Positions 42,368 to 52,967 of a stretch of DNA of 64,000 nt are shown here, piece after piece. The position numbers and the translations under genes were made by a program. Source of the stretch: an uncultured Gemmatimonadales bacterium (GTDB lineage Bacteria; Gemmatimonadota; Gemmatimonadetes; Longimicrobiales; Gaopeijiaceae). The stretch's first letter is position 1. Each line of letters opens with the position of its first letter. The DNA is taken from assembly GCA_963823035.1 (NCBI GenBank), contig CAWGKG010000012.1, positions 288,001-352,000 on the forward strand, given 5' to 3'. The notes below the pieces were generated by a model. It was given only the letters and a program-made list of their open reading frames with translations, made no database searches and was not told the origin of the DNA.

Positions 42368-43536
42368 CGCTCGACGGCCTCGCGCAGCCCCTCGAGGAGC
42401 GCCTCGACGTCGGAGGCGTCGTTGTAGACGTTCGGCGACAGGCGGAGCGCGGTGCCGCGCAGCGACGCCGACACCCGGCGGCGGGCCAGCGCCTCCTGCA
42501 GCGACGCGAGGTCGATGCCCGCCGGCATGCGCAGCCCGAAGAGGTGGCTCGCCCGCCAGGGCTCCTCCTCCACGGAGAAGCCGATCGACGGCCGCCTCCT
42601 CGAGCATCCCCGAGGTGAGCGTCCGGCAGTAGTCCTGGATCCGCTCCGGCCCCCAACCGGAGACGAGGCGCAGCGAGGCCGAGGCCATCGGCACGAGCGC
42701 GAAGTTCGAGCGCTCGGCCACGTCGTAGCGGAGCGCCCCGGGCTGATAGCCGTCGCGGTAGTCGACGAGCCGCTGGAAGTCCTCGCTGCGCTCGCGGCCG
42801 ATCCACGTCTCCTCGAGGGGGACGCCGTCGTCGAAGCGCGGGCCGAACCAGCCCATCCCCACGCGAGTACGGGCCGAGGAGCCACTTGTAGGCGGCCACG
42901 ATGAGCGCGTCCGGGCGGATCTCCTCCACGTCGAAGGGGAGCGCGCCGACCGACTGGGTGCCGTCGACCACGAGGGCCGCCCCGACCTCGCGGCAACGGC
43001 GGCCGATCTCCACCAGGTCGAAGCGGGTGCCGTCCGTCCAGTGCACGTGCGGGCACCGCGACCACCGCGGTGCTCGCGTCGATGTGCCCCAGCAGCACCT
43101 CGTTCCAGCGCTGGCCGCGCCCGGCCCCGTCCGGGCGGGACCGCGAAGCGGACCTCGCGCGCCGCACTCCCGGGCGCGGCGCGTCCACGCGTGCACGTTC
43201 CCCGGGAACTGCTCGTGCGTGAGCACCACGTTCTGCCCCGGCTCGATCGGCGACGTTGCGGGCGGCCACCGCCACGCCGTAGGAGACGCCGGGGAGGATG
43301 GCCACGCGCGCGGGATCGCCGCCGTTCACCAGCGTCGAGAAGAGGCCGCGCAGCTCGTCGCTCGGCGCGAAGAAGTCGTCCACGTGGATCGACGTCGGGT
43401 CGAGCTTGCGGCGGATGCCCGCGACGCCGGCCTCCTCCGCGGCCCGCGGGATCGGGCCCATGTACGCGCAGTTGAGGTAGTGCAGGCCGTCGGGCAGCCC
43501 GAACGCGTCACGCTGGCAGGACAGGGGTTCGGTCAC
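42364..43536 (-). CDS. Class V PLP-dependent aminotransferase (frameshifted)
   Basis: YLNCAYMGP, VDGTQSVG, AAYKWLLGP, LRLSPNVYN. Confidence 0.85.
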   Translation of the reverse strand: MTEPLSCQRDAFGLPDGLHYLNCAYMGPIPRAAEEAGVAGIRRKLDPTSIHVDDFFAPSDELRGLFSTLVNGGDPARVAILPGVSYGVAVAARNVADRAGAERGAHARAVPGERARVDAPRPGVRRARSASRSRPDGAGRGQRWNEVLLGHIDASTAVVAVPARALDGRHPLRPGGDRPPLPRGRGGPRGRRHPVGRRAPLRRGGDPPGRAHRGRLQVAPRPVLAWGWAGSARASTTASPSRRRGSAASAARTSSGSSTTATAISPGRSATTWPSARTSRSCRWPRPRCASSPVGGRSGSRTTAGRSPRGCSRRRPSIGFSVEEEPWRASHLFGLRMPAGIDLASLQEALARRRVSASLRGTALRLSPNVYNDASDVEALLEGLREAVER

Positions 43537-43606
43537 GCGTATGCTCCGGTGGGGGGCCGAGGTCCGATCCGAGGGTGGAACGCGTCGCGGGCTCGATCCG
43601 TTGCCC

Positions 43607-43708
43607 TCAGTCGTCGTCCCACTGACGCGCGTGCCGGGCAACGTAGGCGATGAGGCCGAGAAAGCCGATGCCGATGACCAGAAGGCCGATGATCTCGAAG
43701 AGGCTCAC
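43607..43708 (-). CDS. 33-aa single-TM peptide
   Basis: GTG overlaps the upstream TGA; SLFEIIGLLVIGIGFLGLIAYVARHARQWDD. Confidence 0.4.
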   Translation of the reverse strand: MSLFEIIGLLVIGIGFLGLIAYVARHARQWDDD

Positions 43709-46471
43709 AACCCCAGCCAGTAGTTGAGCTTGATGATGAAGCGGTTGTCGGAGGGGGCGCCGAAGAGCGCGCCTACGTCGCGGCCGAAGTCGAAGTCGCC
43801 GCGGATCACCTCGTTCGACTGACGGCGCTGCCACACCAGGAAGAGGGTGGAGCCGGGGCGGTACTCCCAGCGCAGCACGAGGTTGCCGATCGAGCGAGCG
43901 CACGTTGAAGTCGCGCTCGTCGAAGGAGAAGTCGGCGGCTCCGTCTCCGTCGAAGTCGACGTACTGCTCGTCGCCCAGCCGGCAGACGTCGCCGCCCGCG
44001 CAGCGCACGCCGTCGCCGGTGGCGCTGGCGCTCCCCGGCTCGAAGTCACGCAGGTCGAAGGTGCCCGGACGCAGAAGCTGCTTGTAGGTCACGAAGTCGC
44101 CGGACGACAGCAGCGGCTGCGCGAAGAGCTGCAGCGACAGGTGCGGCGTGAACGTCCACTCGAGCCGCGTCTCCATCGAGAAGCTGCGCTGCTCGAGGTC
44201 GGCGAAGAGGTAGCGCGGCCCGAACGTCGGCTCGAACCCGATCGGGTCGGTCTGCGTGACGTACTGGTCGGACGAGCGCTCCTTCTGGAACTCCGGCTCC
44301 ACGGACAGCTCGAGGCGGGGAGAGGGGCGGACGTTGAGCTCCAGGCCCGAGCTCGACGGAATGGCCGCCCCCGAAGTTGTCCCGCTGGAGCTGGACGTTC
44401 CCGCCCCAGCTCACCGTGTTCCTGCGGTCGCCGTTCAGGCGCAGCTGGACCTGGGTGTTGCCGGGCGTCTTCATGACGGGCCCGCCGCGCGTCTGCGTGC
44501 GGCTCATCCCGTCCGGGCTGTACCGGAGCTGGACGTTCCCCGACCAGTAGTTGAGCAGCTCCCCGCGGGCCTGCAGGCCGACGTTGCCCCGCAGGTAGGC
44601 GTTCCGCCACGAGCGCAGCGACCCGGGATCGTCGAGCGCCTCGTGGCTGATGTTGTGGAAGGTGGAGAAGCTGACGTTGTAGCTGCGGAAGACGGACCCC
44701 GGCTGGATCTCCCGATATCCGAAGCGAAAGCCGCCGTCGAGGCGCTCCGACGAGCCGGAGAAGCCGAGGTCGTTGATCTCGAAGCCCTTCGTCACCTCGG
44801 CCAGCCACACCGAGCCCGTCCAGTGCAGCCCGCTGCGCCGCTCGAACTGCAGCCGCCACTCGGCGCCCGTGATCGACGTCGCGGTCGGGTCCAGGGAGAA
44901 GCGCGTCGCGTCGGGGCGCTGGAAGTAGTGGTTCGACGACTCCTGGATGCTCGGTGATCGCCTCCGGGCTGCCCCGCACCAGGCTCCCGGCCAGGAAGCC
45001 CCAGAGCGCCCACTCCCGGTCGCTCCACTGGTGCTCGAAGTTCACGCCGGCGTTGTACGCGGAGGACGGGAGGTAGTCGAAGGAGCCGTCCGCCGGCAGC
45101 TCGCGGGAGAGCGCCGTCACGATGCCGCCCACGTGCGACTGGCCGTCACGGAAGTCCTGCTGGAGGGAGACGACGCCGTACTCCGTGCGCGGCTCGACGA
45201 GGAACTTCCCGATCTCGCCCGAGTCCTCGAAGAGCCCGCGTCCGTGCTCCTCGCCGGTGACCGCAGCCAGCGCGCCAACGGAGAGCCCCGAGGACGTCCG
45301 TCCGGCCAGCTTCGCGGCGCCGAGGATCGTGGCGTTGTCCGGGACGTCGTCGAAGAGCGTGCCGTCGGGGGCGCCGCCGTGCGGCCGGCGCCCGATCCTG
45401 CGGCTGTAGAAGAGCTTGTTCCTCCCGCCCGAGAGGCTGAAGTCGAACACGCGGGCGTTCTGCACGAAGAACGGACGCCGCTCCTCGAAGAACGTCTCGA
45501 ACGCCGACAGGTTGATGACGGCCGGGTCCGCCTCGACCTGGCCGAAGTCCGGGTTGATGGTGGCGTCGAGCGTGAACGCCGCACCGAGCCCGTAGCTCAG
45601 GTCGACGCCGACGCGGGTGTTCGTGGACGTGCCGTCGAAGAACGGGTCGCCCGCCTCGGCCGGGCCGTCGTGCAGGCTGCTCACCGCGTAGGGGAGCACC
45701 TCGAGGCGTCGCGAGCCGTGCGTGGCCTCGATGCCCTCGAGCGTCCCGAACTGGCTCACCGACGCCCTGCCGCAGCCGTGAGATCGAGGGAGTAGAACGT
45801 CTCCTCCTTGCTCGCCACGCGGGAGCGATGGACGTTGAACCCCCACACCTGCTCGCCGTCCTGCGCCTCGTAGCGGATCTGGGAGAGGGGGATGCGCATC
45901 TCCGCGGTCCAGCCGCCGTCGTCCACCGTCACCGCCGACGACCAGACCGCGTCCCAGGCGCGGTCGTCGTGCTCGTCGTCGTAGAGGTACTTGTCGCCCT
46001 GGACGTTGGCCGCGCTCACGGTGAAGACGTAGCCCGTGCGCCGGTCGAGGTTCGGGTCGAAGGCGATCTCCACGTAGTCGGCCTGGCCCCGATCGTCCCT
46101 GCGGTAGAGCTGCCGCGCGATGCTGTCCGGGTGCGTGTCGAGCATGCGCAGGCCGACGTAGAGGGCGTCTTCGTCGAAGAGGACGCGCACCTCGGTGTCC
46201 TGTTCGGCCGGGCGCCCCTCGACCGGCTCCCGCTGCACGAAGCCGGTGGCCATGGGCGCGGCGGCCCACGCCGTGTCGTCCAGGCGACCGTCCACGACGA
46301 TGTCGCCCCTGCGCGGTCGCGGCTTCGACGGCCGGCCGGGCGCGTGACGCGCGGAGCGTCGCGCCCCGACCCTCGTCGTTCTGGCGCGCGTGGACCACGG
46401 TGGGCGATGCGGAGAACAGCCAGCGCCGCGAAAGCCGCGGCGCGTCGTAGAGCCGCGGTGGCGTCCTCCAT
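43705..46471 (-). CDS. DUF5916 / CBM9-like domain outer-membrane protein (several frameshifts)
   Basis: VDGRLDD..W, WTAEMRIPLSQIRY, INPDFGQVEAD, FFEERRPFF, FYSRRIG, LRWEYRPGSTLF. Confidence 0.82.
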
Positions 46472-46482
46472 CCTGCCGGACG

Positions 46483-47437
46483 TCATTCCCGGTGTTCCCC
46501 CAGATAGGCCTGCGTGGCGGCGTGCAGCGGGATGGGCGCATCCGCGAGCCGCGCGAGATCGATCTGCTTCGCCATGTCGTGGACCTGCTCCAGGGAGACA
46601 CGGTCCGGCCCGAGAATGTTCAGAAGCGTACGCACCACGTCGTCATCGAGCTGCTTACGCGCAACGAGCCAGTTCATCATCGCCACCGTGGGGATGGCCT
46701 CGTCCACGCCCGGGTAGGCGCCCGCGGGGATCACGCCCTCCGAGTAGTACGGGTAGAGGCGCTTGAGCTCGGCGAGCTTCTCCGGCTCGACCGGCAGGAG
46801 GCGCACGTCACTGGTGGTCGTCGCCTCCAGGACGGCGGCCGCGGGGATGCCGACGGACATGATCGCCACGTCGATCGCGCCGTCGCGGAGCGCCGCGGAG
46901 GACTCGTTGAAGGAGAGGTAGCGCGGCTGGATGTCGTCGTACGTGAGGCCGTACACCTCGAGGAGCTGTCTCGAGATCTGCTCGGTGCCGCTCCCCGCCG
47001 ATCCCACCGAGACCCTCTTGCCGCGCACGTCGGCGAGGCTCCGCGCCTTCGACGAACCGGCCACGAGGATGTGTGACACGTTCGGATAGAGGGGCGCCAC
47101 GATGACCAGATCCGGGGCGGGCGTGGGGAAGTCGGGCCCGCCGTGGTAGGCCTCGAAGGCGGACACCCCGAGCGTGAAGCCCAGGTCGATCTGGCCGGCC
47201 AGGATCGCGGTTGACGTTCTCCACCGACCCACCGGTGACCTCGGCCGTGTACTGCCTCGTGGAATCGGCGAGCGACAGGCGGTTGGCCAGCGCCCCGCCG
47301 AGCGGATAGTAGACGCCGCCGGTTCCGCCCGTTCCGATGGAGAGGAAGCGGCGCGGGCCCGCCTCGCCCCCCCCGCACGCGAGCGCCGCCGCCAGGACCG
47401 TGCCGGCGGCCAGGGTCCGTACGAACACCTTTCTCAC
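46483..47437 (-). CDS. TAXI family TRAP solute-binding lipoprotein (frameshift ~47205)
   Basis: IGTGGTGGVYYPLG, TGGSVEN, GSGTE, IPLH. Confidence 0.9.
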
Positions 47438-47470
47438 CGAGCTGCCTCCGTGCGGCGTGCCCGCCGCCCC

Positions 47471-49350
47471 TCAACGCGTACGAGCGGGCCCGGTGCGGAG
47501 GAAGACCACCGCAAGGGCCAGGAATCCCGCCCCGTCCGTCGGAAGGCCCGGGAACACCAGGCAGAGCGCGCCGGCGCCCAGGACCAGGCGCTCCCATGTG
47601 ACGAGCTCCCTTCGTCCGTAACCCATGGCGGCCGAGGCCAGCGCGGTCACGCCGGCCGTGGCCGTGATCGTGACCCAGGCGATCTCGGGAACGGACCCGT
47701 CCAAAAGGATCGGCGGACCGTATATGAACATGAAGGGCACCAGGAATCCAGCCACCGCGAGGACGGCGGCGGACACGGCGGTGCGCAGGGCCGGAGCGCC
47801 CGCGATGCCGGCCGCCGCGAAGGCGGCGAGGGAGACCGGCGGGGTCACGTTGGAGATGCAACCGAAGTAGAAGATGAAGAGGTGGGCGGCCAGGAGGGGC
47901 ACGCCGAGCTGCACGAGCGCGGGCGCGCCCAGCGCGGCCAGGACGACGTAGGCGGCCGTGGTGGGGAGCCCCATCCCGAGGACGATCGAGCCGGCGGCCG
48001 TGAGCACGAGCGCGACCAGCAGGCTGCCGTGCGACAGCGTGACGATCAGCTCCGACATGCGGAGCCCGATCCCCGTCAGGGATGCCACACCCACCACGAT
48101 CCCGGCGGCCGCGCAGGCCGCCGCCACCTGCACGGCGCCCCGCCCCGCACCCTCGACCAGCGTGCGGAGCTGCGAGCGGGAGGGCCGCGTGGACGGCGCC
48201 AGGTACGCGAGCCCCAGGGCGGACACCACCCCCCAGAAGGCGGCGCGCATCGGCGAGCGGCCGGCCGCGAGGAAGGCGACGATGAGGACCACGGGGAGGA
48301 GAAGGTGGAGTCGGTTCACCACCCGCTCGCTGAGCGTGCACCCGCGAGGGCTCGATGCCCATCCGCCCGGCCCGGAAGTGGATGGCGGCCAGCAGCGCGA
48401 CGTAGTACAGCAGCGCGGGGATGATCGCCGCGGTCGCGACCTCCACGTACGGGATGTTCGTCCAGGTGGCCAGGATGAAGGCGCCGGCCCCCATGATCGG
48501 GGGCATGAGCTGGCCGCCCGTGCTGGCGGCCGCCTCGATCGCCGCCGGCGAAGAACGGCTGGAAGCCCGCTCGCTTCATGAGCGGGATCGTGAACGTCCC
48601 CGTGGTGACCACGTTGGCCACCGCGCTCCCCGAGAGTGAGCCCATGAAGGCGCTCGCCACCGCGGCGGTCTTCGCCGGCCCGCCACGCGTCCGCCCGGCC
48701 ACGCGGTCGGCGAGGGCGATCAGGAGGGCGCCCCCTCCGGCGGTCTCCAGCACCGCGCCGAAGAGCACGAAGAGGTAGACGAAGTCCGCGGACACGCCGA
48801 GCGGAACGCCCCAGATCCCCTCGGTCGAAAGGTAGAGGTGCTCGACCAGGCGCTCCGGGCCGTAGCCCCGATGCGCGAGGAAGCCCGGCAGGTGCGGGTC
48901 CGGCCATCGCGTACGCCAGCGCCAGGACGCATACCGCGACCAGCCCCCAACCCGTGGCGCGCCGGGCCAGCTCCAGCACGAGAAGCACCGCCATCGTGCC
49001 GAGGACGAGGTCCACCGTGGTCGGCGAGCCCGAGCGGCGCACCAGCTCCTGGTGCTGCCAGGCCAGGTAGGCACAGACCACGACCGTCGCCGCGGCGAGC
49101 ACCCACGAGAGTGCCGAGGTCCACCGGCTCCTCGGCGGCTCGGCGGGGTCCGCCTCCGCGCCGAGCCCGCCGGCCCCCATGGCGACGAACCCCAGGACGC
49201 CCATGAACGCCAGGTGCACGGGCCGCTGCACCAGGGCGGTGAAGGGTGAGATCCCCGCCGCATAGAGATGGAAGAGCGCGGCTCCCCCCGCCGCGAGGGT
49301 CACCGCGAGCCGCGCGGCGCGGCTCAGGGCCTCACCCCGCCGTGCGTCAT
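47471..49350 (-). CDS. TRAP fused permease (frameshifted)
   Basis: GGPAK, GSAVANVVTTG, PPIMGAGAF, LGMGLPT, TPPVSLAA. Confidence 0.9.
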
Positions 49351-50105
49351 CCGGTACCGGGGATGAGCGCGAAGAGGGCCGTGGTCACCAGGAAGATCCC
49401 GAGCACCACGGCCGCCGCGCTCCCGAAGCTCCGCCTCTTCGGATCGATCGCGTGCGCCCCCTGTGCCACGACGAGCCACGCCCATACCGCCGAGAGGTCC
49501 ATCATCGTCACCCACCGGTGCAGGTAGCCGTCCGGCAGGAAGTAGAGGAAGGTGCCGATGTTGAGGGTCACCCGCGGATCGGACTGAGCGATGCGCAGAG
49601 GCACGAGCAACAGGCTGAAGATCGTGGTGATCAGGAAGGCGTGCGTGAGCACGGCGAGGTACTGCTTGAAGCGCCCTTCGTCGCCCAGCACGAAAGAGAA
49701 CGCGAGCGTGATGAGGCCGGCGGAGAGAAACGTCATGATGAGGAAGCCGACCGTGACCGAGGCCAGGCCGAAGATGCGCACCAGCGAGGTGCCCCCCGAG
49801 AACGCCGAGGCATCCTGGCCGCGCGCGACCATCTGCTCTCGGATCATCGCCTGCCAGACGTCGGCGGGAATGAGGGCCGTGGCCGCGATCGAGAGCACGA
49901 GGCCGAGCAGCAGCGCGGCGCCCCATAGCGGCTTCGCGGCAAGCCCCTCCACCAGCCGGCCCGGCGAGAAGAAGACCTCGACGACGCGCTTCGGGAAGGG
50001 GGAGAGCGGCGTGACGCCCGGTTCGTCGAGATGGGCGGCGGCGGTCGGTGGCGTCTCGACGTTGTCGGGGGTGTTCATCCCGAGAATCTCCTGCTGGGAG
50101 GTCAC
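49347..50105 (-). CDS. Yip1 family membrane protein
   Basis: VFFSP...KP.W followed by five TM segments. Confidence 0.72.
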   Translation of the reverse strand: MTSQQEILGMNTPDNVETPPTAAAHLDEPGVTPLSPFPKRVVEVFFSPGRLVEGLAAKPLWGAALLLGLVLSIAATALIPADVWQAMIREQMVARGQDASAFSGGTSLVRIFGLASVTVGFLIMTFLSAGLITLAFSFVLGDEGRFKQYLAVLTHAFLITTIFSLLLVPLRIAQSDPRVTLNIGTFLYFLPDGYLHRWVTMMDLSAVWAWLVVAQGAHAIDPKRRSFGSAAAVVLGIFLVTTALFALIPGTG

Positions 50106-50935
50106 ATGCCTTCGACGAGCTTCACCCTGCTCTGCTGCCGCACCCTCACCCCGAGCGGGAAGGGTGCCGCAGACACCTCCATCGTGCCGCGCGCGTCCGT
50201 CTCGACGTAGCTCTCGGCCATGATACCACGACCCATGTCCCAGAGCACCCAGCCGGACGACGTGCCCGAGGCGGACTGCGAGAAGTCCATCCCGGCGATC
50301 ACTCCGCTCGCGGTCTGGTCGCTCGTGCCCTCGAGGTCGATGCGCACCATGCTGGTGCCGCCGACCGTGGTGTCCCCGGCGATCGTGTACGTCAGGATCG
50401 AGGTCATCGAGACGTTGCCCTCACCCTGCGGTCCCTCGGCGTGGATCGTATCGGTCCAGCTCGCGCCGGGCGACACCCCCCGACCCGGGAGGCGAGGGAA
50501 GAACGTGTGGGCGAGGAGGAGCGGCTGGAAGAACTGCTGCGCGCTCTGGTTGACCTTCGGCTCGGAGACGATCGTGGCCGCTCCCTTCCGGTCCAGGGTG
50601 AAGACCAGGGGACCGTCGATGCCCTTCTCATCGGCGGACGCCGGAGGACCGGCCGGATTGCTCATGCGCGCGTCCATGTCCTCGACGGTCATCGTCACCT
50701 GGATGCCGTCCGCCGCACGAGCGAACGACGCCGCGAGTGTGGCCGACGACATGACCCGCGCCTGCATGCTCTGCCCGTTCGCGTCGATGTCCATGTTGGC
50801 CGTGTCGCCCGACACGTAGGTGGCCGTCGGCGGGTTCGGAAGGCCGTAGGCGAGGCCGGGGGGCGAGGCGGGTCCACCGCCGCAGGCGCCGAGGGCCAGG
50901 GAGACAGCTGTCGCGAGGGTGAGGCGGGATCGCAT
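50102..50935 (-). CDS. Hypothetical lipoprotein
   Basis: LGAC lipobox; FPRLP..V.PG.SW; beta-rich. Confidence 0.68.
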   Translation of the reverse strand: MRSRLTLATAVSLALGACGGGPASPPGLAYGLPNPPTATYVSGDTANMDIDANGQSMQARVMSSATLAASFARAADGIQVTMTVEDMDARMSNPAGPPASADEKGIDGPLVFTLDRKGAATIVSEPKVNQSAQQFFQPLLLAHTFFPRLPGRGVSPGASWTDTIHAEGPQGEGNVSMTSILTYTIAGDTTVGGTSMVRIDLEGTSDQTASGVIAGMDFSQSASGTSSGWVLWDMGRGIMAESYVETDARGTMEVSAAPFPLGVRVRQQSRVKLVEGM

Positions 50936-51163
50936 GGACGTCTCCTGGCTGGGCTCCGGAAACCGGCGCGGCGGGAGGATGGGTTCGCGCGGCAGGCAAC
51001 CAACTGGCAACCTGAGGGCAGTCTAGTGTACGAAGGGCCTCGAGGGAATCTTCGTTCCGGGCGGACACTTGGCCGGCTCGAGGTTCGTTGGTATCCTCAG
51101 ATGCTTCGCCCGGGAGAGGCCCGGAGGGAGGGAGAGCAGAGCCTTGGCGCGTTGGAGCGCAGA

Positions 51164-51724
51164 ATGAGTTATCGCACCAATCCGGACCGCATTCTGGACA
51201 ACATCGACCGAGCCCGGAACCGGGATGCGGAAAGCGCAGGCTTCCACCTCGAGCGGCAGGCGATGGGGCGTGAGTTGGACACGGAGGTGCCCGTCGCCGA
51301 CGCGACCAATCCGGAGCGTGTAAGGCGCATCTTCGGCACGGTGGAGAGAGCCTACACCAAGGCCGCGCAGCGCGCCGAGCTCGGACGACTGGCCGCGCGC
51401 TTCCAGTCCGTGGGCGACATCCACCATCACCACGCCCGGGGCGACGTGAGCATCTCGATCCAGTACCTGGATCACGAGCGCCCCGACGACGTGGGGATGA
51501 CGCCCTTCGAGATCCGTCCGTACGAGGTCTCCGAGGCGAAGAAGGAGACCAAGACCAGCCGCGCGGACGTGAACGCGCTCAAGGTCCTGCGCAAGGAGCT
51601 GCGCCAGGGCGTTCTCTCCGCCTATCAGAAGCTGGAGCCGCGCGTCCGCGACGCCCTGCGCGAGCGCGCCGATCTCGGCCACGTCCAGGTCCAGGTCACG
51701 GTCGATCTGCGTCCGGCGGAGTAG
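51164..51724 (+). CDS. Hypothetical protein (186 aa)
   Basis: MSYRTNPDRILD; GGAG upstream; high-GC3 codons. Confidence 0.65.
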   Translation: MSYRTNPDRILDNIDRARNRDAESAGFHLERQAMGRELDTEVPVADATNPERVRRIFGTVERAYTKAAQRAELGRLAARFQSVGDIHHHHARGDVSISIQYLDHERPDDVGMTPFEIRPYEVSEAKKETKTSRADVNALKVLRKELRQGVLSAYQKLEPRVRDALRERADLGHVQVQVTVDLRPAE

Positions 51725-51994
51725 CGCCTTGCCCGCCAGGCGCCCACCCCGATAGGCCGCCTGTGGGGCGCGCGTCTCGGGCCAGGGGCCGGCGGGGAAT
51801 CCTCGCCGCGGCGGCGTTGCTCGTCGCCGTCCTGGCGGTGCTGGACCTGATGCGATCGGATTCCCTCCTGCGAGCCGCCTGGCGCGGCGCGGTGACGGAC
51901 GAGGGCGCGCCCATCGAGCGCATGCTTCGCGGCAGCGGCATCATCCACCGTCACCGTCGCTAGCGCCGGGGCGCTGACGGGCTTCCGGGGAAGC

Positions 51995-52912
51995 ATGGCG
52001 AGGGCTGATCGGTTGCTGTTCGTCTTCCTGGACGGCGTGGGGATCGGGGAGGCGGACGCGGAGCGGAACCCCTTCGCGCGCGCGGTGCTTCCCACCCTCC
52101 TGCGGCTCACGGGTGGGAGTCTGCCGACCCTCGACCACCCCCGCGCCGGCACCCCGGACGCTTCGGCCTTCCCCCTCGACGCCGCCCTCGGCGTGGAGGG
52201 CATCCCGCAGAGCGGCACGGGGCAGGCCGCCCTCCTCACGGGCGAGAACGCCGCGCGGCTGTTCGGTCGCCACTTCGGCCCGTGGACACCCGTGCGCCTC
52301 CGGCCGCTCGTGGAGGAGCACAGCATGCTCAACGTGGCACGGTCGGCCGGTCGGACCGTCGCCTTCGCCAACGCCTATCCGCGCGGCTGGCCGGGTCGGG
52401 ACGGCGGCCGACGCATCGCGGGCCCTCCCCTCGCCGCGCGCGGCGCGGGTGTCCTCGACCGGCATGAAGAGGCGTTGGGCCGCGGCGAGGCCGTCTCCAG
52501 CGAGATCGTCAACGACGGGTGGCGACACCACCTGGGGCACGACTGGCTTCCGGAGATCTCCGAGGAGGACGCAGGCCGTAACCTCGCCGCGATCGCCGCG
52601 GAGGCGGACCTCACCCTCTACGCGCACTACGCCACCGACACCGCCGGTCACCGCGGCGGGATGGACGGCGCAGTGGCCGCGCTCGAGCGGGTCGACCGCT
52701 TCCTGGGCGGCGTGCTGGCCAACCTCCCCGCGGACGTCACGCTCCTTCTCGCGAGCGACCACGGAAACGTCGAGGACGTGACGCAGGAGCACACACGCAA
52801 CCCTGCGCTCGGCCTCGCGGCGGGGCCCGGCGCACGGCGTTTGGCGGACGACCTGCGAAGCATCCAGGACGTCACGCCGGCCGCCCTCGCGCTCCTCGGC
52901 ATCCGGGACTGA
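51995..52912 (+). CDS. Alkaline-phosphatase-superfamily metalloenzyme (phosphomutase-like)
   Basis: FLDGVG, PQSGTGQ, DTAGH, SDHGN, HTRN. Confidence 0.85.
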   Translation: MARADRLLFVFLDGVGIGEADAERNPFARAVLPTLLRLTGGSLPTLDHPRAGTPDASAFPLDAALGVEGIPQSGTGQAALLTGENAARLFGRHFGPWTPVRLRPLVEEHSMLNVARSAGRTVAFANAYPRGWPGRDGGRRIAGPPLAARGAGVLDRHEEALGRGEAVSSEIVNDGWRHHLGHDWLPEISEEDAGRNLAAIAAEADLTLYAHYATDTAGHRGGMDGAVAALERVDRFLGGVLANLPADVTLLLASDHGNVEDVTQEHTRNPALGLAAGPGARRLADDLRSIQDVTPAALALLGIRD

Positions 52913-52967
52913 ACGCCAGGCCCGTCTGGCCATCCCGCCGTCCCGGACGCCGCTCCATCCTCCCGGG

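Noticed and set aside
51763..51963. 66-aa ORF with a hydrophobic stretch
   Set aside because: No convincing start or RBS and no recognisable family; it could be real but is unsupported.
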